A stretch of DNA of 64,000 bases, taken from Rhynchopus sp. YZ270_cl-10. Taxonomy: Eukaryota. Location of the stretch: positions 806,001 through 870,000 of the forward strand of contig OZ037837.1 of the NCBI GenBank assembly GCA_964035575.1, given 5' to 3'. Under the pieces are notes generated by a model. It saw nothing but the letters and a program-made list of their open reading frames with translations, ran no database searches and was not told the origin of the DNA. The position numbers and the translations under genes were made by a program. This document shows, piece after piece, positions 10,637-22,439 of this stretch; positions within the stretch are counted from its first letter, which is position 1, and each line of letters starts with the position of its first letter.

Positions 10637-12809
10637 GGGGAATAGTCAGTTATGCCCTACCCTTTTTTTGAAATGGTCAGAGATACCCGAAAATAAGTTC
10701 AGATATTGGTCAGAGATACCCGAAAATAAGTTCAGATATTGGTCAGAGATGCCCCATTTTCAAAAATAGGGCATAACTGACCAATATCTGAACTTATTTT
10801 CGGGTATTTCGGGTATCTCTGACCATTTCTCAACTTATTTTCGGGCATGTCTGACCATATCGCCAACTTTTTTCGGGTACCCCAAAAAAGTTGGTTTTCG
10901 GGTATACCCAGATACCCAGATACCCAGGTACCCAGGTACCCAGGTCCAGGAACAGGTACCCAGGAACAGGAAAAAAGTCGTGAAAGAGCAACCACAGCTC
11001 CACATGACAAACACAAAAGTGTCCAGTCACGTGGGGCATTCATGCACTGAGGAGATAATGTTCCAACAATTTACAAGAAAGATTACTTAACCTACTGCTG
11101 GAAATTGCCAGGTCGTAGTAACACACAAAGTGTGCCTCCGTTCGGGAAGACCGGATATTCTAGAGACCAGAAAGGCCTCAAGAATATCTTCCGGTAGTCA
11201 AGGTAGAACCGAGTGAACGGCCCAAGACCCCCGTGGAGAAGTTAAATGTTGTAATGCTATCAGGTAGAAACTGCGACCACTGTCTTACCCTCCTCAATGC
11301 ATGGTGGTTGATGTCTTCCACAACAAATTTCCTGTACCCAGGTACCCAGGTTCCCAGACCCACGCAGTACCACGTCGCAGTACTACGCAAAATTTACCAC
11401 CAGACCCTGTCTTCGTGCACCTGAAGTACAACGCCGCAGACAGGCCAAACATGCGTTGGACTCAGAGGAATGCCCGCTGTGCAGGTATCATGAGAACCAA
11501 CTCCCAGCAACAAGGGGCGCCTTTTGGCGGGCGTTGTTGAGGGTGTTTGGGGTGCAAAGTTTTCCACAATTTTGATGCGCGGGTACAGAAGTGTTATCTT
11601 GTTCTTTCATCTCTAGGAATGTAAATGTCAATCGCGTTTAACTACCACTAGGGCTTGTTCAGTGAACCCACGAGGGGTCGAAGGGGGTTGGTTATCCCGT
11701 ATCTATCAAAGGTTGTGTCGACCAGGCGAATCCACTATGTTACGCTGTACGTTGTTAAATCCGAAGAAATAACACTTTAGCAGCCGCAGGAAGTTTGCTA
11801 AAAAGAGTGCCTCACGCTACACAAACCACCACCCGCGATTGACTTAGATGTTATAACAAAGAGAATTCAGAACAAAACAACACCCTGCCCCATACACACT
11901 AAATTGTCATGCTTCGAGAGCATGCCTGGGCCAAAATTACTTGACAAAAAAGGCAACAAGACCACCCACAAGGAGTGTGAAATGTGCACTGGTTTTCTGG
12001 GGGAACGCAATATTTTCTTGTGCCTCGTCCTCCGTAAGCAGAGGACAGACTTTCCGGAAGGTTTCCAAAGTCGAATTTCTTGCACTAGCTATGCTCCCTG
12101 GGTTAATGGCTATAGCAGTGACTGACAAAGTGTTCCCACCCCCAGGTCTTCGTCCACAAACAAATCTAGAATAGATTGATTTGGGTGAAGCCTTGTATTT
12201 TGAGTTGTTGAATGTCGGAGAGCGGCGCTCATCGTAAATCACGGATGCAGTTCAGATTTCACGATCCTGTGATGAGTGTAAATGTGGGGTGTGATTAAGT
12301 ATGGTGTACAAACGCAGTAGTCGGGAAGGGTGGGGTTAATGAAAAAAGTGGTAATAACTATGTATTTCCGCGAAATAAGGTAGCCTTTTTTCACGCTACA
12401 GAGAGTTTCCTGCTGCACTAATGGTTCCCAAGCGAAGCGAGGGACCATGTATAAGGGTTTGCGGGTTTGCGGGTATTTACCCCCACTAAAAGTAACTGTG
12501 TGTGGGGTAGAGGGGTGAAAATCATACCATGCTGCTTCAATACTGTCTCTGCTGTCGCATTCCCTCATGGTGGGTCACTCACCCACTGGGCAAAAAATCA
12601 AAGGGGGTACCCCCAAATAAGTGGGTACCCCAAATAAGTTCAGAGATACCCGAAAAAAGTTCAGATATACCCGAAAATAAGTTCAAATACCCGAAAATAA
12701 GTTCAGATATAGTCAGTTATGCCCTATTTCTGGTTTTCGGGTATATCTGAACTTATTTTCGGGTATCTCTGACCATTTCAAAAAAAGGGTAGGGTATAAC
12801 TGACTATTC

Positions 12810-12812
<3 letters not shown>
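10637..12812. mobile_element. Non-autonomous TIR element inserted in the poly-T tract adjoining A1
   Basis: ~70-bp TIR GGGGAATAGTCAGTTAT(G/A)CCCTACCCTTTTTTTGAAATGGTCAGAGATACCCGAAAATAAGTTCAGATA; subterminal repeats of cccgaaaataagttcag; poly-T on both flanks. Confidence 0.88.
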
Positions 12813-12867
<55 letters not shown>

Positions 12868-13158
12868 AAAAAATTGATTGTTTCCAGCACACGCGGACTG
12901 TGTCAGTGTGTGATGGTATATGATTATTGCCTGAAGTACAGAAAATGGGAGTGTCGGTGGCGGAGCACAAAAGAGGTAAAATGAGAAACATATCGGGTGG
13001 GGTCTCTGATCTAATCTGTGCGACGAATATATTTCCCCTAACACGCCATGTTTGGCCAGGGCCTCTCCAGCGCGTCAGTTGCAAAAAAAATACAGGAATA
13101 CCCTATTTTGCGTACTTGTTGCGTACTTAGTGAGTACTTAGTGCGTAGTTGTTGCGTA

Positions 13159-13511
13159 AAGGGGCCCCCCGAATAAGTTCCCCCCCAAATAATAGGCATT
13201 TTCCCAAATAACTTCTTTTTTTTCCAGATTTTAGGTGCCGAAAAAGTTACCGAATAACTTCGCCCCCTTCCACTTCCTTGTTTATTTTTCAAAAATTTCC
13301 TCCAAACTGATAGTGTACTCAGTACTACTGTATATTTTTTTTGCGGAGCAAAAAAAAAGCAGAAAAAAATGGCGCCGCAGGCGAAAAAAAATTATGGTAC
13401 GGTGTTTTTTGCCCAAATAACTTCCCCCCCAAATAACTTCGATTCCAAATAACTTCTTTTATTCTTCGAGCAACCACCCCCCAAATAAAGAACTTATTCG
13501 GGGGGCCCCTT
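13159..13511. mobile_element. MITE with TA TSD
   Basis: Perfect TIR AAGGGGCCCCCCGAATAAGTTC; removing it restores the host motif gttgcgTActtgg. Confidence 0.85.
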
Positions 13512-13895
13512 TACTTGGTATTTTTTATTTCAGGAGCACCAGTTATACAAGATCTGAACGTTGGATTTCTTTTTGTCTAGTTTCTAATGAAAACAAAACC
13601 AATTTAGTGGACACACTTCTGATCCCAAGAAGGACCCCACCCTCACCTTCCCTCACCCAAACCCCAAAGAAATGCTCTGTTGTTCACAACACCCAGCCAA
13701 CCCTCTCAAATCCTCCCAATTGTTTCGTATGACTCATCCCAACAAACCCCACCTCACTCTGTCACCACCTCCCAAAAATAATAAAGAAGCACACCTCAGC
13801 ACAGTGCAGAGCAGCCGTCGTGCAGCTGACCACACAGTGCGAGGGGTGAAGATGCACAACAACAACTGCTGAAAAAGTGAACGCTTTCTTGCTTC

Positions 13896-15491
13896 TCACT
13901 GTCGTAAGTGTTGTGGTAGCTTGCTGAGTACAGCCTTGCTGCACTTGTCCTTTCCACGTAAGGTCTTCAATGATGTGCACCCTTGGAGGAAGTTCCATCC
14001 TATTTCGGTGACAGCTCGGAATCCACTCAAGTCAACTGTGGACAAGGATGTGCACCCGGTGAGGAACAAATCTCCAATCGAGGTGACAGCTTGTAATCCA
14101 CTCAAGTCGACTTTCGTCAAAGCTTTGCAGTCACGAAGGAACTCGGTATGAATAACAGTCACAGCAGACGCACGACTGAGATCAATGCACGTCACTGTAG
14201 TTCCTTTCAAGAAGCTGTATGGAATCGCAGTCGCAACTTGTGCCTGCAGGAGCAAGCAAGCCACCTTCGGATCACGCACATACTCTAACCTTTGTGATGT
14301 AAGTGTTGTCTCACCCAACGCAACTAGTGCTGCAATGGCATCCTGCTTCGTCCTCTCTGTGTTAGAATGCGTTACAACAACCCTGTGACCCCTCAGCTGC
14401 ACCACGTCCTCTCCTTCTGCAATCACTTCATCTCTGAAAGTCATGTCGAAGCAGCCTTCACGCAACCCCACTGCAGACGCCACCTTCCGAAGCAAGTCCT
14501 TGCCCGTGTCATCCACACTCACCTCAATCTCGTGTTCCACTCCATCCAACCCCTGCACAAGGACAGGCACAAAAAGCGCAGACATCTGGGCAAGGGCGTC
14601 GTGCACGTTCGAAATAGGCAGATTCAGGGAAAACGTTGCGTGTGGGTCTGCAGCACCCACAAGGCGGTGGCGGTCTCCACTCGGTGCCATGCTGTTGATG
14701 CTCCGCACAACGGCCTGCGACTCTGTGACCGCACGCAGCACCTGGTCGTCCCCAAGCTGGCACACCGCCTCGCACTCAGCAATCATGTGTCCTGCCTTCG
14801 CAACAAACATCTTCAGCGCACACACCTCCCCTTCACGACTGAGTGCCTGTGTGAGGAATCTCCGTGCCAACTCCTCCTTACACACGACTTCGCTGCGCGA
14901 CACATCCTCACGCATCACGAGGTGCCCGACGTGTGTCTGCAGGAGAAGGTCTTTGTACCTCTCCTCCGTGAGTGGGAGTGCCTCAAGCACACGGCACTTC
15001 TCCTCTGCAGCAGTCCGCTGTGCTGCCAGGTCTGCCACGTGCGAGTGGAGGATGTTGCGCTGGCGTTTCATGTAGTCCGTGATGTCAACTGTCTTGTGCC
15101 CCGCATGTGTGTCGCACTGGTCACAACGCATGCAGATCAACACGTCTCCACACGCAGGGTCTTCACAGACGAGGGACAGCTCTTCTCCTGGGTGATGTGC
15201 ACACTTCGACGACGTCCCGTACGCAGTCACAGAAGCGCGATGTGCTTCACGGTCACGTGGCCTTGGGTGGCAAGCGTCATAGCACGCAGGTGTGTCGCAG
15301 AAGAACAGCTCCACGCACATCCCGCACTGCAGCTGTGCAGGCACGCCACAGTTCTCACAGCTCGGCATCTGTGGTGCGGTGGGCTGCGTGTCAGACCCCA
15401 TGTTGTGTGTTTCGAAGAGGTGGGAGGGTGCAGGGCCGTCCACCCGGGCCTTCTTTGTGGTGGGGGACTCACTCACGGAGGAACGCTTCAT
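13896..15491 (-). CDS. B-box/B-box/coiled-coil/ubiquitin-like/LRR protein, copy A (2 core LRRs)
   Basis: Zn-finger motifs CENC..CGMC..CD..C..CH and CAHH..CEDPAC..C..C..H..H; UBL VPVLVQGLDGVEHEIEVSVDDTG; 25-aa CxxLxxVDLSGxxxVTxIGxxFLxx repeats. Confidence 0.88.
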   Translation of the reverse strand: MKRSSVSESPTTKKARVDGPAPSHLFETHNMGSDTQPTAPQMPSCENCGVPAQLQCGMCVELFFCDTPACYDACHPRPRDREAHRASVTAYGTSSKCAHHPGEELSLVCEDPACGDVLICMRCDQCDTHAGHKTVDITDYMKRQRNILHSHVADLAAQRTAAEEKCRVLEALPLTEERYKDLLLQTHVGHLVMREDVSRSEVVCKEELARRFLTQALSREGEVCALKMFVAKAGHMIAECEAVCQLGDDQVLRAVTESQAVVRSINSMAPSGDRHRLVGAADPHATFSLNLPISNVHDALAQMSALFVPVLVQGLDGVEHEIEVSVDDTGKDLLRKVASAVGLREGCFDMTFRDEVIAEGEDVVQLRGHRVVVTHSNTERTKQDAIAALVALGETTLTSQRLEYVRDPKVACLLLQAQVATAIPYSFLKGTTVTCIDLSRASAVTVIHTEFLRDCKALTKVDLSGLQAVTSIGDLFLTGCTSLSTVDLSGFRAVTEIGWNFLQGCTSLKTLRGKDKCSKAVLSKLPQHLRQ

Positions 15492-15591
15492 TTTTTTCTG
15501 TGTTTTCTGGGAAAATGTGTGTGGATCGTGAGTGTGATATTATCTGTCATTGACACGTGGTCAATACCATTCAGATTATTGGTCATTTCAC

Positions 15592-15755
15592 TTTTTTCAA
15601 ACCCAAAGTGATGAAAAAACTCCGAAAACCCGTGTCCTGAAGTACTGGGGAGAGGTGGAGCACAAAAGGGGGGAGGGGGAAAACGGTAAGACTCATGACA
15701 ACCGAAGAGCACGTCTTTCATTTGCAGACGTATTGCATACTCGTACAAAATGAAA
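15592..15755 (-). mobile_element. Solo, diverged A repeat of the second YR element family
   Basis: Similar to 22204-22361 (tcctgaagtac..ggagaggtggagcacaaaagggggg..gcatactcgtacaaaatgaaa); absent at the paralogous positions ~48735 and ~53315. Confidence 0.8.
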
Positions 15756-17228
15756 CTAACGTCACTTGCCACCTATCTTTGTGCCACTCCCAGGACTCTG
15801 GTGCCACTACGGCAAGCCGAGGTGCCAGACATGCACGAAAGCACCCCATGGCTGGGCACGTCCCTGTTCCACCCCAGCATCACCACAACGACGGACGGGA
15901 AGCGGCAATGCGCCTCTGCACCACAACACAACCCACAGCTCCCCAACCTCGTCCCCAAGACAAAGCATTTCATCACTTTTCGCCTTTCTTTCAACTACTC
16001 TCGAGGGGCAAAGCTCCCCTTTCTAGTTGTGAGGAAATGTGTGAAGATGTGTGAGGATGCGTGAAGATGTGTCATCAGGAAAAGAACAGAAAACACAAAG
16101 CTTTGCAAGACGAACCTGAGACTCGCATGATAATCACCTGAAAAGGAGAGGGGGTGCCTCTTGGGGTGTGTGCTTTTTTATTTGAGATCGGTTTTCTTGT
16201 ATCGACAATGACCACAAAAGAGGTGGGGCTTTTTTTTGTGGTGTTTTTTTGTTGTTTTTTTTGCTGTTTTTCCATCGACGACTGCCCAAGGAAAGCCACA
16301 ATGTATAATTGCGTACAGTGTTTCTGATAGGACGCTCACATAACGGTAGATATGAAAGCAACCGCCACATGGCATCTGACACATGCTTTATTGATGGTCG
16401 TCTACTTGCTGCCACCTGTTGCATAGGTGCGTCTTTTCGTTTCATGAGGGCAGTTTGTTACAAAGTGAAAATTGAACCCACACTCCTACTTTTCCTTTTT
16501 ATGTTTTTCCCCCAACCCCCGCAAACAACAAAGCAATGGAAACAATAAAGATTTTAAAGGAGAGGTTGTGGCGAAACGCACACATCTCGACCTGTCGGTG
16601 AGGTCTGGCTCTACTCCAACCCACCCCTGATTTCATTTCCTTTTAGCATTGCATGGAATCATAAATAAAACAAATACTTAACAAACACAATGTGTAGTCA
16701 CGCACCTTCCGTCAATTCTATTTCCTCTTGTCCATGTTTGGTATTTGTGGGTTTATGGCTGCCAACATGCACCGATGCAACGGTGCCCCACACTACAGCG
16801 GACACAGCAGCTTCATGACACACAATGCCAACAAGACCCCGTTTGCAGGTTGTATCTACAATCACTTTGCCGCAACTTACTCAATATCGGCCAAAGCCTT
16901 GGGCTAATGCAGAAGGTATAGACACAGATCGTCCTCAACCCTTCAGAGTTTCTTCACAGATTTCACTATTTTTCCAACTTCGCGGGTGTAGGTGGTTGCC
17001 GGTTACACAAAGGTTTTTGCCCTGAGGTAAATAAGAACCGAGGTAGAGAGGGGAAGAAGGGAGGGTCGAAGAAAAGGCAAGTAAATATGTTACAACTGAT
17101 CAGCCGCAGAGCCTTGGTATGACTTCTGCTTGGTTAGATAGCTCGCAAGGGAGGTGTCGCCACTCACCTGTCCGAGGACTGCTGCCCATTTAAAGTGTGT
17201 AAACCAATTATGCGGTGTAGGGGAGGGA

Positions 17229-17313
17229 CACGACGGGACCCAGTGGCAAGTGACAAGTGGCAAGTGGCAAGTGAAATCACATATTATTTCATTTGTCAAT
17301 GGGTCCCGTCGTG
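17229..17313. mobile_element. 85-bp mini-MITE with CACGACGG termini
   Basis: 14-bp IR CACGACGGGACCCA / TGGGTCCCGTCGTG; internal caagtg repeats; TSD not preserved. Confidence 0.55.
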
Positions 17314-18855
17314 GGGGGGTATTAACGAGGGGGGTGGGAGGGGAGGGTTGGATCACTAACCAGCACACAGACACCATGCTTCCAGTACGTCAGCTCTCGG
17401 AACTCCAGTCGTAGCATCACCCATTTGAGGAGCACATCACATTATTCCGACATCGTCACATCGTCTGTCTCCTGCACGCATGACCGTTCACGTACTAGTA
17501 TGAGCGTTGGCACGTACCTCGGCAGCATCGCTAGTGTCTTTGGACTGTAGGGGGAAGGGTACGCAACTGCCACCTCTGCACACATCGAGAGGACCGCCGC
17601 TAATGTCCTGTAAAACAATTCTTCTCCTCCACAGGAATGATGCATTATATATTGTATTTGAGTGGAAACAATAAAACATTCCTTCTCGAGGTTTCCTACA
17701 CAAATGACTACATCGTATTCATCACGTTGACAAAAGAATAGACAGTATTTACTTCAGAATTGCTAAAATTTTAAACTTTCGACCCGAAAGAGCGCGTTGC
17801 TTTCGGTGTATATTACTCCCAAACAACCACTGCGTTGTGGTCTGCAAAACGCAAATTGATATTACCACGTACGCCACTATAAAGCAGTGCATCCCATAGA
17901 CGTAAACCATCTTGTCACAAACGGAGAAAACAAAAACACAAAAACAAAGACTGATGCCAAGCCCTAGCCTCATAGAGGCGTCTGTGCTAGGGTGAAGCGC
18001 AAACCAGACTGGGCCAAAGTCTCAACTCCACTCAGTATCACACGACGGGAAAGAAAAGAGGGTCAGTTCTCCACGAATCCGTAGAGATACAAAACACCTG
18101 CTTGAAACCCACAGCAGTGTTCCAAACATCCAAAACTCAAAAAATAAAAACCAATTTGGTGGACACACTTCTGATCCCAAGAAGGACCCCACCCTCACCT
18201 TCCCTCACCCAAACCCCAAAGAAATGCTCTGTTGTTCACAACACCCAGCCAACCCTCTCAAATCCTCCCAATTGTTTCGTATGACTCATCCCAACAAACC
18301 CCACCTCACTCTGGGGTGGCATCAAAACAAAAAACGCGGACAATGTCCGCGTTTTGGGGGGGGGAGGGGGGGGGGGTCTGAAATTCCAGAAAACGCGGAC
18401 ATTTTGGGGTTTTTTTTTCTCGAATAATTTTTTTCTTCACCGGGGTTGTACACGATTTTGACCAAAATTTATACACTTGGTCCTGAGTTTTTGTCCAAAC
18501 TGGGTATTTTTTTAAATAAAGAACAACTATTCAAAACCGTAAAATTCTTGCTTTAATTGATTTTTCTGGTAAAACCTATCTACACACAAAAAAATTCGAG
18601 CAGATTCGTTGAGTGCCTAAAACCCAATCGCCCATAGACAGAGAGACCCAAAACGGTGGTTTTCCCTGTAATTCCTTAAGGATTGCCTTTGCCATTTGCA
18701 AAAATATTATGACCGCAAAAATGGCAACATGTAATCTGTGGTGCTCAAAAGTGCAAAATTCTTGCTCCAATGGATTCTCCGGGTATATATTGTACCTGGA
18801 GAATATGGTCAGATCACTCTTCAGACCATCTGGGGTATGGTCACACACAGGTAGC

Positions 18856-19581
18856 ATACACAGTATACACAGTATACACAGTATACACAGTATACACAGT
18901 ATACACAGTATACACAGTATACACAGTATACACAGTATACACAGTATACACAGTATACACAGTATACACAGTATACACAGTATACACAGTATACACAGTA
19001 TACACAGTATACACAGTATACACAGTATACACAGTATACACAGTATACACAGTATACACAGTATACACAGTATACACAGTATACACAGTATACACAGTAT
19101 ACACAGTATACACAGTATACACAGTATACACAGTATACACAGTATACACAGTATACACAGTATACACAGTATACACAGTATACACAGTATACACAGTATA
19201 CACAGTATACACAGTATACACAGTATACACAGTATACACAGTATACACAACATACACAATACAGTACAGTACAGTACAGTACAGTACAGTACAGTACAGT
19301 ACAGTACAGTACAGTACAGTACAGTACAGTACAGTACAGTACAGTACAGTACAGTACAGTACAGTACAGTACAGTACAGTACAGTACAGTACAGTACAGT
19401 ACAGTACAGTACAGTACAGTACAGTACAGTACAGTACAGTACAGTACAGTACAGTACAGTACAGTACAGTACAGTACAGTACAGTACAGTACAGTACAGT
19501 ACAGTACAGTACAGTACAGTACAGTACAGTACAGTACAGTACAGTACAGTACAGTACAGTACAGTACAGTACAGTACAGTA
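18856..19581. repeat. Compound satellite (CAGTATACA)n followed by (CAGTA)n
   Basis: 9-mer array 18856-19249, 5-mer array 19261-19581. Confidence 0.97.
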
Positions 19582-20170
19582 CTTGTGTGCTGGGAAGCAT
19601 GCCACCAGTGTTACAATTTTACAAGGTAAAGATGACCGATGTACGTACGTATGTGAGGAAGAAGGCTGAGTGGGCAGAGAGTGCCACAAAATATCAGGAA
19701 GCCATGCAGTCCCCTGTCCGGTTGTCCAGTACCCAGTACCCAGTACCAAAAAATCAAAATCAATTTGATTCACAACTCTTCACAACAGTTCACAACGCCA
19801 CTATGTTAACCGTGATGTTACCATGGTTGTGAACATTTGTGAACATTTGTGTTCAGGTACCCCCCCGTATAGTACCAACCGTCGTGTATTTGGGGTGCCC
19901 CCCAAAGGGTACGTTGCACCACAACCGAGTATGAGCAATGACAAGGGAGTATGACGAGTTACATTACAATATTAAATAATGACAAGACCCCTGTCAAATA
20001 ACAAGGCCTAACGCCACTCATTACAGGGGTCTTGTCGTTAGTTGGTCTTGTAAAACGACTAGAAAGACACGAAAACGAAACCAGAAAAAAACTTCACCAT
20101 TGGACGATTCTGGGTTCCGAGCTTCCAACACAAAATTTTTGTATTTTTTTTTCGCGATTTTTGAAAACTT

Positions 20171-21736
20171 GGTTGTATTAGTGTAGCCACCCTAGAGTGT
20201 GCTCCACTATACTAAACATTTTTATGTCACCGCAGACGAGCGCGATGATCTCTCTTGTGTGGCAGATGTCACACTGATGTCGCTGATACTACTACCCACC
20301 GGGCCATCATCAGATGGGGGTGGCGGAGCGGAGGGGGGGGCATTGATGGCGGATTTCTTCCGTTTTTTGGCAGTTTTGTCGCATGCTCTGGGAGAAGACG
20401 AGCGTTTTCTTTTTGAAGTACGTGTTGATGGATTCTGTTTACGGGAGGGGGGAGAAACAGAACGCTTTAGTTTTAAACTACGGTTGGGCTCAGGGTCACC
20501 CTCAGCAGGCGGCACGTCATTCTCGGCAGGCCGATCTCCTGTTGCGAGGACGTCGTCGATCATGTCACCCTCCGATGTGTCAGCAGAGGAAGTTGGAGGT
20601 GAAGACCACCTAGATGCTCTAGCTGATATGCTAGGGCCATAGGCATCGAGTGGTGCAGTTCCCCATACCGCGTCAGCAAGCCATCGGACGGACCGTGACA
20701 GCTGTGACCTGATAACAGCGATGCTATCGACACCAAGACGGGCACGCGGCGAGTGCCCACCCGCTACCTGGGGTGCACCAATGGGACGTAGGCTGTACAC
20801 GGTTTTGACACTGTTACCGGGCAGTGGGCACGTAATCTTGAGGTTCGTGCAGTGCTTCCGGAACCAACGAAGCCAGATGCCCATAGCTTTTCCGCGTTCT
20901 CGTGCAGACCATCCCGTGTTATCAGGTGCTCGCTCGTGCTGTAGGAGGAGGCCAGAGAAGACCTCGAAGTCGATACCAAGTTCAATGTTGCTGATGGAGC
21001 TCTTGTTGTCGTCCACAAACTCCAAAGACTTCAACCATTCCAAGAACGCAGTATGTCGCACAAGGCCATACTTCCAAGAGGAGGGTGGTGTAGAAGGTAA
21101 TTTGCTCCAGTCAAAGGTGATCGGGATCGTTGGTGTGACAGCGGCCTTGTCCCAGGGGAGACGTGCAGCTTCCTTGAGAAACTTAACACGATTAAGCCGC
21201 CAACGCTCTAAGATGATGCTCCCCATTAGCGTGTGGAGCGCAGACACATCGACTTTGCAGTTGAGGGGGACAACACCCCAGTTCACAAGGCACGGTTTCC
21301 ATGATGTACGGTCAGCAGAGGTAATCGCGTTAAACCTTGCGTCGCTTCGGATCTCGTTGAAAGCTGAGCACCTCCAGAAAATGTGTTCGTTGGTGTCTTC
21401 TTCCTGCGCCTCGCAGTGGGGGCAGTGGCTGGAGTGAGCAAGAGTACCTACGGCCTTGTCGTCCGAGGAGTCGCAGTCGTAATCGGAGCTGCTGTCAGCC
21501 TCCGAGCTTTCTGTGGCACCGTCGCCGGTGTCGGACTCATCGTCGCAGGCGTCACTGTCGTTGGCGGTGGGTGCAAGGATCGTCGGACGCTGGTTCGCCC
21601 TGTACACACCACCTGAGATGACTGCCGTCAACGCATTGGATAGGTCGGTGTTTCCCTTTGCGAGTCGGGTCGCGTTGGTTCTTTTGGTGTCAATACCATT
21701 TTCAATACCTTCGTAGGAGGGACGTGCAATGGCCAG
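20171..21736 (-). mobile_element. 5'-truncated non-LTR retrotransposon (C-terminal part of ORF2)
   Basis: ORF 20222-21631 stays open up to the truncation point; CCHC finger CPHC..EHIFWRC typical of LINE C-termini; ~20-bp imperfect TSD ttcgcgattttt(gaa/ttt)aactt at 20151-20170 and 21737-21756. Confidence 0.75.
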
Positions 21737-22439
21737 TTCGCGATTTTTTTTAACTTAGCACTGCATGTGCTTAGAAAACCCGAATTTTTTACCCTTCAAA
21801 ATTGCATTTGAGGAACTCACAACGCATCAAAACGAAAAGGTCGTTTTTGGCACTTTTAAAACCGGGCTCCGCTGAGTTCACCATATTTTTGGTCGATTTA
21901 TTTAGTGGAGTAACTAATTAGTAATCGCATTTTCGGACAAAAACTCGGGACGAGGTGATAAAAACTCGTCCATTTCGGCAAATTGACCCCACCACAGAAC
22001 CGGCGGATTCAGGAAATGCAAATGCCGGTGTTTTCGGGCAAAATGAAATACTCCCCCCTTCTTTATTTATTCGTTGTTTGTTGTTTGTTGATCGCATCCA
22101 TCCTCGTCCGTACTTCAGGAAAAGCACACAGCACTTTTGGTGGTATTGAAATGCCCTTTGTGAAAACCGTCCGCACTTCTTTTTTTTTTTTTTTTTTTTT
22201 TTTCAAACCCCAAAAGTCCCGAAAACCCCGAAAAACCCGCGTCCTGAAGTACGGGGGAGAGGTGGAGCACAAAAGGGGGGAAGGGGAAACGGTAAGACTC
22301 ATGGCAACCGAAGAACGCGTCTTTCATTTCCAGACGTATTGCATACTCGTACAAAATGAAATACTCCCCCCTTCTTTATTTATTCGTTGTTTGTTGTTTG
22401 TTGATCGCATCCATCAGGACCCTTAATAGGGACGCGCAG

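Larger units (their letters stand above)
6062..13086 (-). mobile_element. Tyrosine-recombinase retrotransposon (VIPER/TATE/Ngaro-like) with split direct repeats
   Basis: Order on the minus strand: A1 (12867-13086 plus poly-A), gag, YR, RT-RNaseH, B1 (6429-6487), A2 (6213-6432 plus poly-A), B2 (6062-6120). A1=A2 (220 bp) and B1=B2 (59 bp) look identical. Confidence 0.92.
5988..13541. mobile_element. Non-autonomous TIR element (TG...CA ends, 5-bp TSD) hosting the YR retrotransposon
   Basis: 14-bp TIR TGGTGCTCCTGAAA / TTTCAGGAGCACCA; TSD GTTAT at 5983-5987 and 13542-13546; internal tgcgtactt repeats on both sides of the nested insert. Confidence 0.75.

Noticed and set aside
14367..15611. Plus-strand ORFs opposite the LRR, cyclase, gag and LamG genes
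   Set aside because: Antisense shadows with no recognisable motifs.
17370..17645. Possible BTB/BACK-like pseudogene fragment (DDVTMSE*CDVLLKWV)
   Set aside because: Too short and interrupted to support without a profile search.
18576..19773. Long repetitive ORFs (CIL, YTV, HSI, STVQY), and similar ones at 24-25, 33.6, 40, 54 and 63 kb
   Set aside because: Translations of stop-free satellites.
18451..19886. Possible CACGA-ended element with TA TSD enclosing the compound satellite
   Set aside because: Only 5 terminal bases match between the ends.
19977..20040. 18-bp-stem hairpin (gacaagacccctgt / acaggggtcttgtc) as a terminator
   Set aside because: Eukaryotic TE context with no U-tract; more likely a TE-internal inverted repeat.
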